Source of the DNA: Bacillota bacterium
GTDB taxonomy: Bacteria; Bacillota; Sulfobacillia; Sulfobacillales; JAIMBI01
Length of the DNA: 64,000 bases
NCBI GenBank assembly: GCA_021818685.1
Contig: JAKATP010000002.1
Coordinates: 180-64,179 of the forward strand
Reading direction: 5' to 3'
Within the stretch, counting starts at the first letter, position 1. Each line of letters begins with the position of its first letter. The notes below the pieces were generated by a model. That model was given only the letters and a program-made list of their open reading frames with translations, did no database searches and had not been told where the DNA came from. Of the stretch, positions 1-9,484 are shown one piece after another. Position numbers and translations under genes: made by a program.

Positions 1-183
1 ATGTGCGCTCCCCCGCTCCCCAATTCTGTCTCGTCTTCCGGAAATATTCTGTCGAGGAGTATAATGCGAGCGAACCGCAACCGTGCACAAACGTGGAATG
101 GTTTTCATCGCGAAGCGCATCGGACTGTGAGCCAGCCTTCCTTGTGTCCCGTCTGTTGACGCGATGACTGGAGGCGGTTTTGG

Positions 184-1128
184 GTGTCGCGCGAACGTGA
201 GCCGAACGTCAGGGTGCGACGGCTCGAGGAGGGGGATCTAAACGAGGCGGACCGGATCATGCGCATGGCTGTTGGCACGGAATTAGGCCTCGCGCAGCCC
301 ATGGCGTATTTCGGCGACAGTGACTCCGTACGCACCCGGTTTCAGACCGATCCGCGAACCGCATTGGCGGTGGAAGTGGACGGCCGCTTCGCAGGGAGCA
401 GCTTTGTGACGCGCCGGGGCAGCCTAGGGCTTGTCGGCCCCCTGACCGTGGACGCGAACCTATGGGATCGAGGAGTGGCGCGCGCCCTGCTCGGTCCGAC
501 GCTGGATTTGCTGCAAGGCCCCGGCATCACCCACCGGGGACTTTTTGCGGGGGCCCATAGTCCGAAGCACCTCGCTCTCTATCAGAGCTGCGGTCTCTGG
601 CCGCGATTTCTCACGACCATCATGGAGAAGGCAGCGACGGACGCGGGCGGAGGGGCGTATGAGACTTTGTCCTCTCTTGCTGATGCGGATGAGGCGGTGG
701 AGGCAGCCCGGGAGCTTACCGGTGCTCTTTATCGCGGACTCGACCTCGGTCGTGAGATCGAGGCCGTCCGCCGTCAGGGGCTCGGCGAGACACTGCTTGT
801 GTATGACGGAGACCGGCTCGCGGCGCTGGCCGTGTGCCATCGGGGAGGAGGCACCGAGGCTGGCGGGGGCCGCCTTCACATCAAGTTCGGAGCCGCCCGT
901 CCCGGCACCGCTGCCGCTCAGCGCTTCTCCCGCTTGCTCGCCGCGTGTGAGAGTCATGCGCTCGCACACGGATGCCCCACCGTCGTGGCGGCCGTCAGCA
1001 CCGGTCGACGAGGTGCCTACCGACAGCTTCTCGAACGGGGCTATACGATCCGGTCCGTGGGTGTCACCCTGCACGCGCCAGACCTCGATCCGTATCCGGA
1101 CGCATTCGTGATGGACGACTGGCGCTGA
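184..1128 (+). CDS. GNAT-like N-acetyltransferase family protein
   Basis: 314-aa ORF with GTG start. The overall layout resembles two-domain GNAT acetyltransferases (N-terminal RRLEEGDLNEADRI, VARALLGPTLDLL region). Family resemblance only. Confidence 0.5.
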   Translation: MSREREPNVRVRRLEEGDLNEADRIMRMAVGTELGLAQPMAYFGDSDSVRTRFQTDPRTALAVEVDGRFAGSSFVTRRGSLGLVGPLTVDANLWDRGVARALLGPTLDLLQGPGITHRGLFAGAHSPKHLALYQSCGLWPRFLTTIMEKAATDAGGGAYETLSSLADADEAVEAARELTGALYRGLDLGREIEAVRRQGLGETLLVYDGDRLAALAVCHRGGGTEAGGGRLHIKFGAARPGTAAAQRFSRLLAACESHALAHGCPTVVAAVSTGRRGAYRQLLERGYTIRSVGVTLHAPDLDPYPDAFVMDDWR

Positions 1129-1189
1129 GGGGGCGGTCTTGCGTGGAGACGAAGGCGGGATCCCCTCTCGGTCGGGCACCACCCCGAAC

Positions 1190-3085
1190 CTAGCCGCAGG
1201 GTGGAGCGGACTCGCCGCGCAGGGGTCCGGTATATTCCCAAAGCTCCATGCGCGAGGGATGCGCGGCGTCGTGGTGAAGCGTGATGCGGGCGACTTGTCC
1301 CTCACGTTCTTCGGCGTTGGGACCCCCCGTGTGCCAGTTGCGATCGACCAGAGGAAAGTTGGACCCCGCCACCTCGAGCCGGACTTGATGTCCGGGCGCG
1401 AAATAGGTGGCCGTGGTGATTCCCCCGATCCGCACCTCGTAGATCCGGCCAGCTTCCAAGAGGCTCGGTGTCCGGTATCCGGTCCGGTAACGCATTCTCA
1501 GACACGACCAGGCCACGTTCAACGCCGTTCCATCCGGGAACACGTCCACCAGTTTCACGAACAGGTCGGTGTCAGGCACATCGGTCGACACATGGAGTAC
1601 GACCCCCACATCCCCGACCACGGCCATTCCCCGGGAGAGAGGTGGGGTCGAGTAGACCAACACATCGGATCGGGCCTCGGCCGCCCGCTGATCGCACACG
1701 ATGGGGGACGAGCCCAGCACCATGCCCAGCGATGGGACAGGGTTATCTGGGTCTGCCAGCACGTCGTCGCAGGAATGGGCCCGGGCATCCGGGCGCGGTT
1801 GGAGGACGCCGTCGCCCCAGAGACTTTGGGCGTTCCCGCCGCTCGCGAGATGCAGGGTCGTGAGGCGCCTGTCTGTGAGCGGCCAGGACTCACCTGTGAG
1901 CCACTGGTTTCCACCGATGAGAAACACCTGCACCTTCGGCATCGGCGTCCACGCGCTCTCCTCGCCGCTTAAAAACCGGCGGAACCAGGCCCAGATGATG
2001 TCGTCGTAGGGAAAGGTGGTGTTCCCGACCGGTCGGTCTCCCAGCATCGCCTGCCGAGAGGCGGAGCGGATCATCGCGCAGTGGCTGCTCGCCGCCATGA
2101 TGAGGTACTGGTCGGGGTGATGTTGTTGGAACTCGAATAGCTTCACCGTCTCATAGGCGGCGAAATCAAGCCATCCGTTGATGTGCAGCTGGGGGGTGGC
2201 CCCGCCTCTGTGGTAGGCGTGGAGGTGGTCCGCCTCATCCCAGATGGGGTCTAGGGGGCCGGCCCGCATGTAGGTGTCAAAGCCGGTTTCGGGCACGCCC
2301 ATTCGCTTCAAGACGTCACCGCTCGGCGGCGTATGCACGACACGATCGAGGACGCGCGCGTAGTCCGGGTCCCTTCCTCCCGGAGAGATGAGAACGAAGT
2401 TCCGAAGAGCGCGGGTGATGGTGTCCGGATCGTTCTCCGGCCCGAGCTCGGGCCGTCGCAGCACCGCTGAGGGGTGATACCAGCGGGCTTTTTGAGCCAG
2501 TACCGGAATGCCGCCCTTATAGAAAAACCCGTGATTGCCCTCGCAGCCGGGAATGTTGCCAATTCCGGCCCCGGCGCTCATGGGCACGGCCGCCCGAAGT
2601 GCCCGGTGACCCTGGGACGCGATGCGGAGTTGATTTTCCGCCGGCGAGGAGCAGCCGATGAGGCCACAGGCTCCGTTGGACCAGGGTTGCGCTTCGATCC
2701 AGGTAAGGGTGTCCTCGCAGTCGGCGGTCCCGTGCCCAATCACCGTGTAGGGCCCGTCAGACCATCCCGTGCCGCGTTCGTTCTGGATGACGACGGCCCA
2801 GCCGGCCTGAAAGGCCTGCGAGAAGACGTCGTAGGGTAGTTCATGGGTGCGGGCACTCCGGTAGGGGGTGCGCATCAGCAAGGTCGGCACACGCGCGCCG
2901 GCACAAGGTCGAATGATGACCGTCGCGAGGCGCGCCCCGTCTCGCATGGGGAGCATCCGATAGTCGAAGTGGTACCGGTCTTCAGTCGCTCCCCGCTTTC
3001 GGGCCTCAGCTTCAAGCGGGGTGGGAGGCCCGTCGAGGGGACCCGTGGTGGGGCGTCGATCCATGCACTCGGTTTCTTCAGTCAT
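1190..3085 (-). CDS. CocE/NonD family (S15 X-Pro dipeptidyl-peptidase-like) alpha/beta hydrolase
   Basis: ORF 1190..3310 trimmed to ATG 3085, which is preceded by GGAGGTG. Motifs TLLMRTPY and GWAVVIQNERGTGWSDGPY plus a long C-terminal beta-sandwich-like region are typical of CocE/NonD hydrolases. Confidence 0.8.
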   Translation of the reverse strand: MTEETECMDRRPTTGPLDGPPTPLEAEARKRGATEDRYHFDYRMLPMRDGARLATVIIRPCAGARVPTLLMRTPYRSARTHELPYDVFSQAFQAGWAVVIQNERGTGWSDGPYTVIGHGTADCEDTLTWIEAQPWSNGACGLIGCSSPAENQLRIASQGHRALRAAVPMSAGAGIGNIPGCEGNHGFFYKGGIPVLAQKARWYHPSAVLRRPELGPENDPDTITRALRNFVLISPGGRDPDYARVLDRVVHTPPSGDVLKRMGVPETGFDTYMRAGPLDPIWDEADHLHAYHRGGATPQLHINGWLDFAAYETVKLFEFQQHHPDQYLIMAASSHCAMIRSASRQAMLGDRPVGNTTFPYDDIIWAWFRRFLSGEESAWTPMPKVQVFLIGGNQWLTGESWPLTDRRLTTLHLASGGNAQSLWGDGVLQPRPDARAHSCDDVLADPDNPVPSLGMVLGSSPIVCDQRAAEARSDVLVYSTPPLSRGMAVVGDVGVVLHVSTDVPDTDLFVKLVDVFPDGTALNVAWSCLRMRYRTGYRTPSLLEAGRIYEVRIGGITTATYFAPGHQVRLEVAGSNFPLVDRNWHTGGPNAEEREGQVARITLHHDAAHPSRMELWEYTGPLRGESAPPCG

Positions 3086-3714
3086 CCCGCACCTCCGATG
3101 GGAAGAGCGCCGTTGCCGTGCTCTCCCAGAACTGTCATCGTCAGTGTCGCAAGATCCGGGCCCCAACGCCACCGGCCGGGTGCATGCTCCGCGTGTGGCC
3201 GCGGTTCGAGGGACCAAAGCGGGCGGTCTCCCCCCGCTGTTTGACCGCACGCTCGGGCGCCGCCCGCGATCCCCCATCGCGGGCGGAGATGGAAGGGATG
3301 TGTCGGCCATGGCCCGGCCCGGTATCCCGGATCCGGAACGCTCGCACCCGGCCCGCTAAACCGTCTGGCACGCTTACGCTGCGCCGTGCGGACGCGCTAC
3401 GGTCGGCGACGTTTCCATAGGACGGTACCACCGTCTGGGAGGGCCGCCCTCCGACAGGCAGGCGAGCCTCCTTGACCGCGTCATCCCCCCTCACAGGAGT
3501 TTGGCAGGACCGGGATGTCGAGGATACCGTCACGTCTCTCCCCGCGCCGCCGCCGGGCCGGTCTGCCCGTGTGATGGACAGGCCGGGCGGGATCGGGCTT
3601 TCCAACCCTTCCGCATGTCTGCTCGGGGGAGCGGGCGTCACACTGGCTGCTCTGTGCGCGGACAATGCGGGATCACACGGCGGCGTCACTCTGAGGGGTC
3701 TCTTGGTGCTCCCG

Positions 3715-4686
3715 CTAGTAGCGTCCTTCTGCCGGTGAAGCGGGCAGGGCACGGGGTTTACCGGTCCGGCTCGAAGCGCGTAGCGCCTCGACGACGGCCG
3801 CAAAGGCGGGGCCGACCCGGGAGAGACGTGATGCTGTTAGATGCTGGGCGCGCCGCATGATCTCCTCGCGGAGGCGGCCGCTCTCAAGAACCGCGCCGAT
3901 CGCTTGCGGCCAGACGTTGTTCCGCGCTGGATCCACGGCCACGAACGTCTGCTCGCAGGCTCGCCGCGTCAGCGGGTCGTCGATTCCGAGGGCAGGAAGT
4001 CCGCTCGCCAGTGCCCATCGCATGAGGGAAGGATATCCCTGGTGGACATCGGCCTGCAAGAACAGATCGGCGCTGTGAAATAGGCCGGCAAGCTCTGTAG
4101 AGGACAGAGGGGGAAGAAATACCACGGCTTCCTGCAGCCCCATCGCTGCCACGGCCGGAGCGACCCGGGCGCGATCGGCCAGGGCATCCAGCAGCACGAG
4201 CTCGCCTCCCCGAGAGAGCGCCCGGCGCGCCGCTGGCAAGACGCGGGTGAGGGCGTGCCCGAGTCCCCAGTTTCCCTCGACGACGAGCCGCGGGCGTGCT
4301 TGTAAGTGGTGATGGCGCGTCACGGTGAACACCGGGCCCATATCGCTCCAGTCAAAGAACGGATCGGGAATCGGATAGGGAACTTCGGTGGTCGGTCCCG
4401 AGACTCCCTGCTCCTCAAGCACCCGACGAAGCGTCGGGTCGGGCACCACGGTCAGTCGTGCCACACCCTTGCGCCCTCGCAGCGGCGCTTGGGTGACGAC
4501 CCGGATATCCGGTCGTCCGGCACCCCACCCGAACTGCACATGGGCTGTGCCTCCCCGTGACAGGATGCGAGGCCGATTGCGCATCAGCCGAAAGCCTTCG
4601 GTGGACAGCCATTCTCCGAGGACTTCCGCTGCCCGTCTGTCTGCGGGTCCGGCGTCCGGAGCCACCTCCCACCGCACGTCGCGCAT
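3715..4686 (-). CDS. GT-B (group 1)-like glycosyltransferase, catalytic positions degenerate
   Basis: ATG 4686 overlaps the upstream stop (TGATG). The C-terminal half resembles glycosyltransferase group 1 (FLPPLSSTELAGLFHSADLFLQADVHQGYPSLMRWALASGLPALG), but the usual acidic EX7E residues are not present. Confidence 0.55.
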   Translation of the reverse strand: MRDVRWEVAPDAGPADRRAAEVLGEWLSTEGFRLMRNRPRILSRGGTAHVQFGWGAGRPDIRVVTQAPLRGRKGVARLTVVPDPTLRRVLEEQGVSGPTTEVPYPIPDPFFDWSDMGPVFTVTRHHHLQARPRLVVEGNWGLGHALTRVLPAARRALSRGGELVLLDALADRARVAPAVAAMGLQEAVVFLPPLSSTELAGLFHSADLFLQADVHQGYPSLMRWALASGLPALGIDDPLTRRACEQTFVAVDPARNNVWPQAIGAVLESGRLREEIMRRAQHLTASRLSRVGPAFAAVVEALRASSRTGKPRALPASPAEGRY

Positions 4687-5657
4687 CAGGCTCTGGTCCT
4701 TTCTCCGCGCTGAACCGCCTCCGCGTAGGGAGCGGGAAACCATACGAGCGAGCTGTGGGTGGCGTCGGCGAAAAAAAGCCAGCGCTCGACATAAGTTAGG
4801 GGCGTCACCGCGATCGCCGCCGCGAGTAAAGCGGAGGAGGTCTTCATCCCGACCAGGATGAACAACGCCAGCCCCAGCGCCGCCAGAACCCCCTGCAAAA
4901 CGTGGCGGCGGGCCCGCCCGATCGGGGGCCACACCTGAGTCTGCGTCCGGTACGGCGCGCGGGTGGTGCCGGTATCAAGCAGCCGGTGCGGGCTTCGGGA
5001 GAGACCAAAACCGGTCTCTGCCCGGATCTGTGTGCGCGCCTCGGCAAATGTCCGGAATTGGAGAATCTTGAAGAAGCTCCACAGGATGAGGGCGGCCCGC
5101 AATAGGCCCGCCAGGACGGCGGAAGCCACCGGTGAGCGCGGGCCCGCTAAGAGCCACTCGGCATCCGCCCAGACAGCGCCGCCCAAAAGCCCCGTACCCA
5201 TCATCGTGACCACGGTGAGCGGACTGTGCCAGCTCAGCATGGCGGGAATCGTGGCGTAGATCATCGCCGTGACGAAGAGGGCCACGAGCGCGAGGCTAGC
5301 GGCGGCGATCGCGAGCGGCAGATACCAATCCGGGGCGGGGGAAAAGAGACGGGGAATGAGGGCAGTGCAGGCTGTCGCGAGACCGAGGAGGGTAGTGGTC
5401 AGCACCTCCCGCGAGAGCCACGACGTGCGAAGACGGCGCATCACCAAGCGGGCACCGGCGAGCCGGTGCATATGGAAGATGGAAGAGGTGCCGCCGGCTC
5501 CCACAAGAGCGAGACTCGTGAGGGACATCAGTGACCAGGCCCCCAAGGACAGCGCGTGGGATCCGAGTGTGAGGCCGAGAAGGGCCATCGTGACCAACAT
5601 GCCGCCTGAGAGCCCCTGCAGTCCCGTCATTAGGAGGAGGGGCCAGGTTGGGCGCAT
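4686..5657 (-). CDS. DmsC-type membrane anchor subunit of a molybdopterin oxidoreductase
   Basis: 323 aa, polytopic hydrophobic protein with the SWLSREV signature of the DMSO-reductase anchor (DmsC) family. Its start overlaps the stop of the Fe-S subunit (TGATG). Confidence 0.8.
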   Translation of the reverse strand: MRPTWPLLLMTGLQGLSGGMLVTMALLGLTLGSHALSLGAWSLMSLTSLALVGAGGTSSIFHMHRLAGARLVMRRLRTSWLSREVLTTTLLGLATACTALIPRLFSPAPDWYLPLAIAAASLALVALFVTAMIYATIPAMLSWHSPLTVVTMMGTGLLGGAVWADAEWLLAGPRSPVASAVLAGLLRAALILWSFFKILQFRTFAEARTQIRAETGFGLSRSPHRLLDTGTTRAPYRTQTQVWPPIGRARRHVLQGVLAALGLALFILVGMKTSSALLAAAIAVTPLTYVERWLFFADATHSSLVWFPAPYAEAVQRGERTRA

Positions 5658-6319
5658 CAGTACCGCTCCTCGAGCGCCCGATCCACCGTCTGCTCATCCA
5701 CCAGTCCCGGCATGGGCCGGCGCGGGAGGTAATGGACGGAAGGGCGGGCTCCCAGTTCCGGCAACAGTCCGAAACCTTGCCGCTCCGCCACCAGCCGCGA
5801 CACTATGGAGGCCGGGTCGTCGAGGTCTCCGAAGGTCCGCGCGTGGGTCGGACAGCTCTGGACACAAGCCGGCTGGCGGTCCTCCGGGGCCAGTGTCTCA
5901 TCCTCGATGCGATCGATGCACAAGGTGCACTTTTTCACTACCCCCTCGTGCTCGTCAAACTCCCGGACTCCGTAAGGACAGGCCCACATGCAGAGCTGGC
6001 ATCCGATACAGGCGTCATAGTCTACGAGCACCACGCCGTTGTCCTCCCGCTTGAAGGAGGCGCCCGTGGGACAGACGGGGACGCAGGGGGCATCGTAGCA
6101 GTGCATGCAGGCCTTCGGGAGGTAGAGCACGGAGGTATTGGGATAGGTGTCGGCCTCCATGCTTACGATACGGTTCCACCACATGCCGTCTGGCTCTCCG
6201 TAGGGATCAAGGTCCGGTACGGGCCCGTAAGTTCCGGCGGTATTGTGCTCCTTGCAAGACACCTGACAGCTCTTACATCCGACGCACTTGTTCAGATCGG
6301 TAATGATGGTCAGTTGCAC
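5657..6319 (-). CDS. 4Fe-4S dicluster subunit (DmsB/SoeB-like)
   Basis: 220 aa with GTG start after AGGAAGGAG. Cys clusters CVGCKSCQVSC, CMHCYDAPCVPVCP, CIGCQLCMWACP and CTLC are typical of the four-cluster beta subunit. Confidence 0.9.
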   Translation of the reverse strand: MQLTIITDLNKCVGCKSCQVSCKEHNTAGTYGPVPDLDPYGEPDGMWWNRIVSMEADTYPNTSVLYLPKACMHCYDAPCVPVCPTGASFKREDNGVVLVDYDACIGCQLCMWACPYGVREFDEHEGVVKKCTLCIDRIEDETLAPEDRQPACVQSCPTHARTFGDLDDPASIVSRLVAERQGFGLLPELGARPSVHYLPRRPMPGLVDEQTVDRALEERY

Positions 6320-6339
6320 GTTGTGGCTCCTTCCTACTT

Positions 6340-9249
6340 CTACTCGCTTCCGGGCTTCGGGTTGGAATCCGGCCGCCCTGCCCGCGTTGGGGGGGTCGCA
6401 TGGCGGGACCGGGTGGTGTACGCGATCCGCTTAGGGAGTGGCTCACTGCCGGGGCGGGGCGGCACCGCGTCGACGCGCGGCCACACCTCGTGACGGTCGG
6501 CGGGGTAGATGCGCACGCGGGTGTCATACCATCCGGCCTGGCCGGTCACGGGGTCGTTGTTGAAGAATGTGCCGGGACCGTCCAGCGGGCTCAGGTCGGG
6601 GATGATGTGATTGACCAGTATGGCGCGGGTGGCCTCGGGGGCATCGGGATCGAGACCCCAGGCACCGGGACCCTTGGCGATCGCATTCCAGGTCCAGACG
6701 GTACCGGGTTCGACGGCGTCAGAAATGGCGACCCGCGCCGTCATGCGGCCGAGCCGCGATTCCACGTAGATGTAGTCGCCGTCGTGCAGGTGCTCGCGCC
6801 GGGCCAGCTGCGCATTGATGAAGATGGGGTTCTCGTTGAGGAGCTGGCGCAGCCACGCGTTCATCGATCCCCACGAGTGGTAGTGGGTCATCGGTCGCTG
6901 GGTGATGATGCGAAGGGGATAGCGCTCGTGGTCAGGCAGTTCATCCTCCAGCGGTGGATGCCAAAAGGCCACCGGGTCCATGTAGCGCTGCAACCGCGCC
7001 CGCAGGCGAGGGTCCTCCGGCTTCTTGCCCGGCCACAGGCCTTCGCCCGCCAGACGGAATCGTTGGAGTGGCTCACTGTAGATGTTTAACACGATAGGAC
7101 GAGCCGTGGGTAGGAAGCCCGCCGCCTGCGCCCACTCGAGATAGGCGCGATTGGCCATTCGGTAATATTGAGCGCCCGGCTCCAGTTGATGACGCCAGAA
7201 CGCCTTGTGGCTCGCGTACGCTTCGAGCTGGCGGGCATTCGGTTCTCCCACCAGGTATTTGCCGCCATCCAGGCCCCGGTGACCGGCCAGGAGACCAACC
7301 CCGGATCCGGGGGCTGTTTCCCACTTCTCGATGAATTCGCGGTAGCTGCGAAACCGTGGTCGGCCCGCTTCATCCGTAAATCCGGGCAGCCTGAGTCTGA
7401 TCGCAAGCTCGATGAGCACATCCGCTGTGGGCCTGACCCCCGGCGGCGGGGGTACGACCGGCTGACGGATGGAGTCCGCAGGACCGTCGGGCTCCGAGAT
7501 GGGCCGGTCTAACAGGGACGTCGCATCCCACCGCTCCAGGTAGGTGGTGTCGGGCAGGACCAAGTCCGCAAACCGCACCGTTTCGGAATCGAACGCGTCA
7601 AACACGACCACGTGAGGAATCCGATAGGTGCCGTTTTCATCCCGGGCCCGAAGCATGTCACGGGTGTCCAGGGTGTTCCAGGTCGAATTCCAGGCCAGGT
7701 TAGACATGTACACCATCAGCGTGTCGATGGCGTACGGGGTCTTGTCATAGGCGTTGCGGATGACGTTCTGGATGCTCCCGTGGGCGGCGAGCGGGTACTT
7801 CCAAGAGTAGCTCTCGTCGATGCGAAAGCCGTCATCACCCTCGACGAGGAGGTCATCAGGACTGGTCGGATAGCCGAGCAGGGGTGCTGGAGCAGGCGAG
7901 TTGGGCCGGTATGCACGGGGATCAGGATCAGGCTTCACGGGTGGCGGGACTGGCTTCGGGTACGGACTCTTGTACCGAAATCCGCCCGGCCGGTCAATCG
8001 CTCCGAGGCACATCATAAGGGTGAAGAGGCTTCTTACCGTCTGAAAGCCGTTCGTGTGGGCCGCAAGTCCGCGCATGGCGTGAAACGCCACCGGCCGCCC
8101 GACGGTCGTGGGAAACGCGTCTCCATACACATCGGTCCAGGGGATGGGGAGTTCCACCGGATGCCTGAACGCGGTTTCCCCCATCTCCAGGGCCAAACGC
8201 ACAATGGTCCGCCGCGGTACGCCGGACAGAGCCTCGGCCCAGCGGGGGGTGGTGGTCGAGAGACGGTCGATGAGGCGGGTGAAGGCCGGCACCAGGTGCA
8301 GGCCGTCCACATGGAGTTCCCCCTCGATCTGTCCCTTTCCACGGGCAGCCATGAACTCCATCAGGCGGCCGTCGGGGCCAATAACGGTCGGTTGCCCTTC
8401 CACCCGGTACATGAGTCCGTCATCCGCCCTACCGGGCGCATCGACCACCAGCTGGGCCGCATTGGTGTAGCGGGTCAAGAATTCGCGATCAAAGAAGCCT
8501 TCGTGGTGGAGCACGTGCAAGAAGGCCATGAACAACGCCCCGTCCGTCCCCGGGCGAATCGGCACCCATTCATCTGCGAGTGCACCATAACCGCTCCGAA
8601 CCGGGTTCACGACGATAAACCGCCCGCCCCGGTCCTTCAGGGCCGAGATGGCCAGTTTGAGAGGATTGGAGGGGTGGTCCTCCGCCACGCCGATGAGCAT
8701 GAACCAGCGCGCCCACTCTGTATCTGGCCAGCCGAACTCCCACATGCTGCCGCCGACGGAATACATCCCTCCGGCCGCCATATTGACGGAGCAGAAGCCG
8801 CCGTGCGCGGCCCAGTTGGGGGTTCCGAACTGCTGGGCCCAGTAGCCGTTGAATGCCTGCATCTGGTCGCGGCCGGTAAAGTAGGCGAGAGTCCGTGGAT
8901 CCGTGGCGCGAATGTTGCGCAGCCATCCCTCCAGCATGCCAAGGGCCGTCTCCCAGTCCACAGGCACCAGGCGGCCCTCTCCACGCTCGGTCCCCGGCTC
9001 GCGCATCAGGGGAGTGGTGAGACGGGCGGGACTGTACTCCGTCATCACACCGGCGCCTCCTTTGGCGCACCACACGCCCTTGTTGACCGGGTGTTCGGCG
9101 ATGCCTTTGATGAAGCGGATGCGCTCGTGTTCGACGGTGACCTCAAGGCCGCACCGGCAGGCACACATGTAGCAGGTTGTGTGCACCGTGCGGGTGTCGG
9201 GCGGGGCTTCTTTCGCGAGCGGCAGGGGGACGGATCGGGACTGAGTCAT
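6340..9249 (-). CDS. Molybdopterin (bis-MGD) oxidoreductase catalytic subunit, no Tat signal (SoeA-like)
   Basis: 969 aa with ATG after GGAGGAA. N-terminal FS0 cysteine motif CYMCACRC...WCAKG and length fit DMSO-reductase-family alpha subunits. The N-terminus MTQSRSVPLPLAKEAPPDTRTVH lacks a twin-arginine motif. Confidence 0.9.
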   Translation of the reverse strand: MTQSRSVPLPLAKEAPPDTRTVHTTCYMCACRCGLEVTVEHERIRFIKGIAEHPVNKGVWCAKGGAGVMTEYSPARLTTPLMREPGTERGEGRLVPVDWETALGMLEGWLRNIRATDPRTLAYFTGRDQMQAFNGYWAQQFGTPNWAAHGGFCSVNMAAGGMYSVGGSMWEFGWPDTEWARWFMLIGVAEDHPSNPLKLAISALKDRGGRFIVVNPVRSGYGALADEWVPIRPGTDGALFMAFLHVLHHEGFFDREFLTRYTNAAQLVVDAPGRADDGLMYRVEGQPTVIGPDGRLMEFMAARGKGQIEGELHVDGLHLVPAFTRLIDRLSTTTPRWAEALSGVPRRTIVRLALEMGETAFRHPVELPIPWTDVYGDAFPTTVGRPVAFHAMRGLAAHTNGFQTVRSLFTLMMCLGAIDRPGGFRYKSPYPKPVPPPVKPDPDPRAYRPNSPAPAPLLGYPTSPDDLLVEGDDGFRIDESYSWKYPLAAHGSIQNVIRNAYDKTPYAIDTLMVYMSNLAWNSTWNTLDTRDMLRARDENGTYRIPHVVVFDAFDSETVRFADLVLPDTTYLERWDATSLLDRPISEPDGPADSIRQPVVPPPPGVRPTADVLIELAIRLRLPGFTDEAGRPRFRSYREFIEKWETAPGSGVGLLAGHRGLDGGKYLVGEPNARQLEAYASHKAFWRHQLEPGAQYYRMANRAYLEWAQAAGFLPTARPIVLNIYSEPLQRFRLAGEGLWPGKKPEDPRLRARLQRYMDPVAFWHPPLEDELPDHERYPLRIITQRPMTHYHSWGSMNAWLRQLLNENPIFINAQLARREHLHDGDYIYVESRLGRMTARVAISDAVEPGTVWTWNAIAKGPGAWGLDPDAPEATRAILVNHIIPDLSPLDGPGTFFNNDPVTGQAGWYDTRVRIYPADRHEVWPRVDAVPPRPGSEPLPKRIAYTTRSRHATPPTRAGRPDSNPKPGSE

Positions 9250-9380
9250 ACTGTTCCTCCAGAGACGGCCGGCGCGCCGGCCTCGTGCGAGCCACCGCGG
9301 TCCTGACAGCCGGCCATGGGCAGAAGCTTTACTCGCCAGGGCGGCCGGGACGGATTTTGCGGCCCGGATCTATACTGAAG

Positions 9381-9431
9381 CTGACCGAAGTGGTCAGGAT
9401 TGGGTTTCATCGTATCCGACGAGGGTCGGAT
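9381..9431. promoter_or_regulatory. Two perfect inverted repeats in the divergent LysR / molybdoenzyme intergenic region (candidate operators)
   Basis: CTGACC-gaagt-GGTCAG (9381-9397) and ATCCGAC-gagg-GTCGGAT (9414-9431) lie between the starts at 9249 (-) and 9485 (+). Confidence 0.3.
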
Positions 9432-9484
9432 GACCTTTCGCAATTACTGATGGCGGCCACCAGGAATTCCGAACGGGGGATGGC

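Noticed and set aside
3141-3803. 220-aa minus-strand ORF spanning the hydrolase-upstream gap
   Set aside because: It is a Pro/Arg/Ser-rich, disordered-looking translation. It starts inside the upstream GT-like gene, with no RBS at internal starts.
7612-9306. 564-aa plus-strand ORF
   Set aside because: It lies entirely antisense to the molybdopterin catalytic subunit, which has clear family motifs. The translation is Arg/Gly/His/Pro-rich and low complexity. Long shadow ORFs are expected in GC-rich DNA because stop codons are AT-rich.
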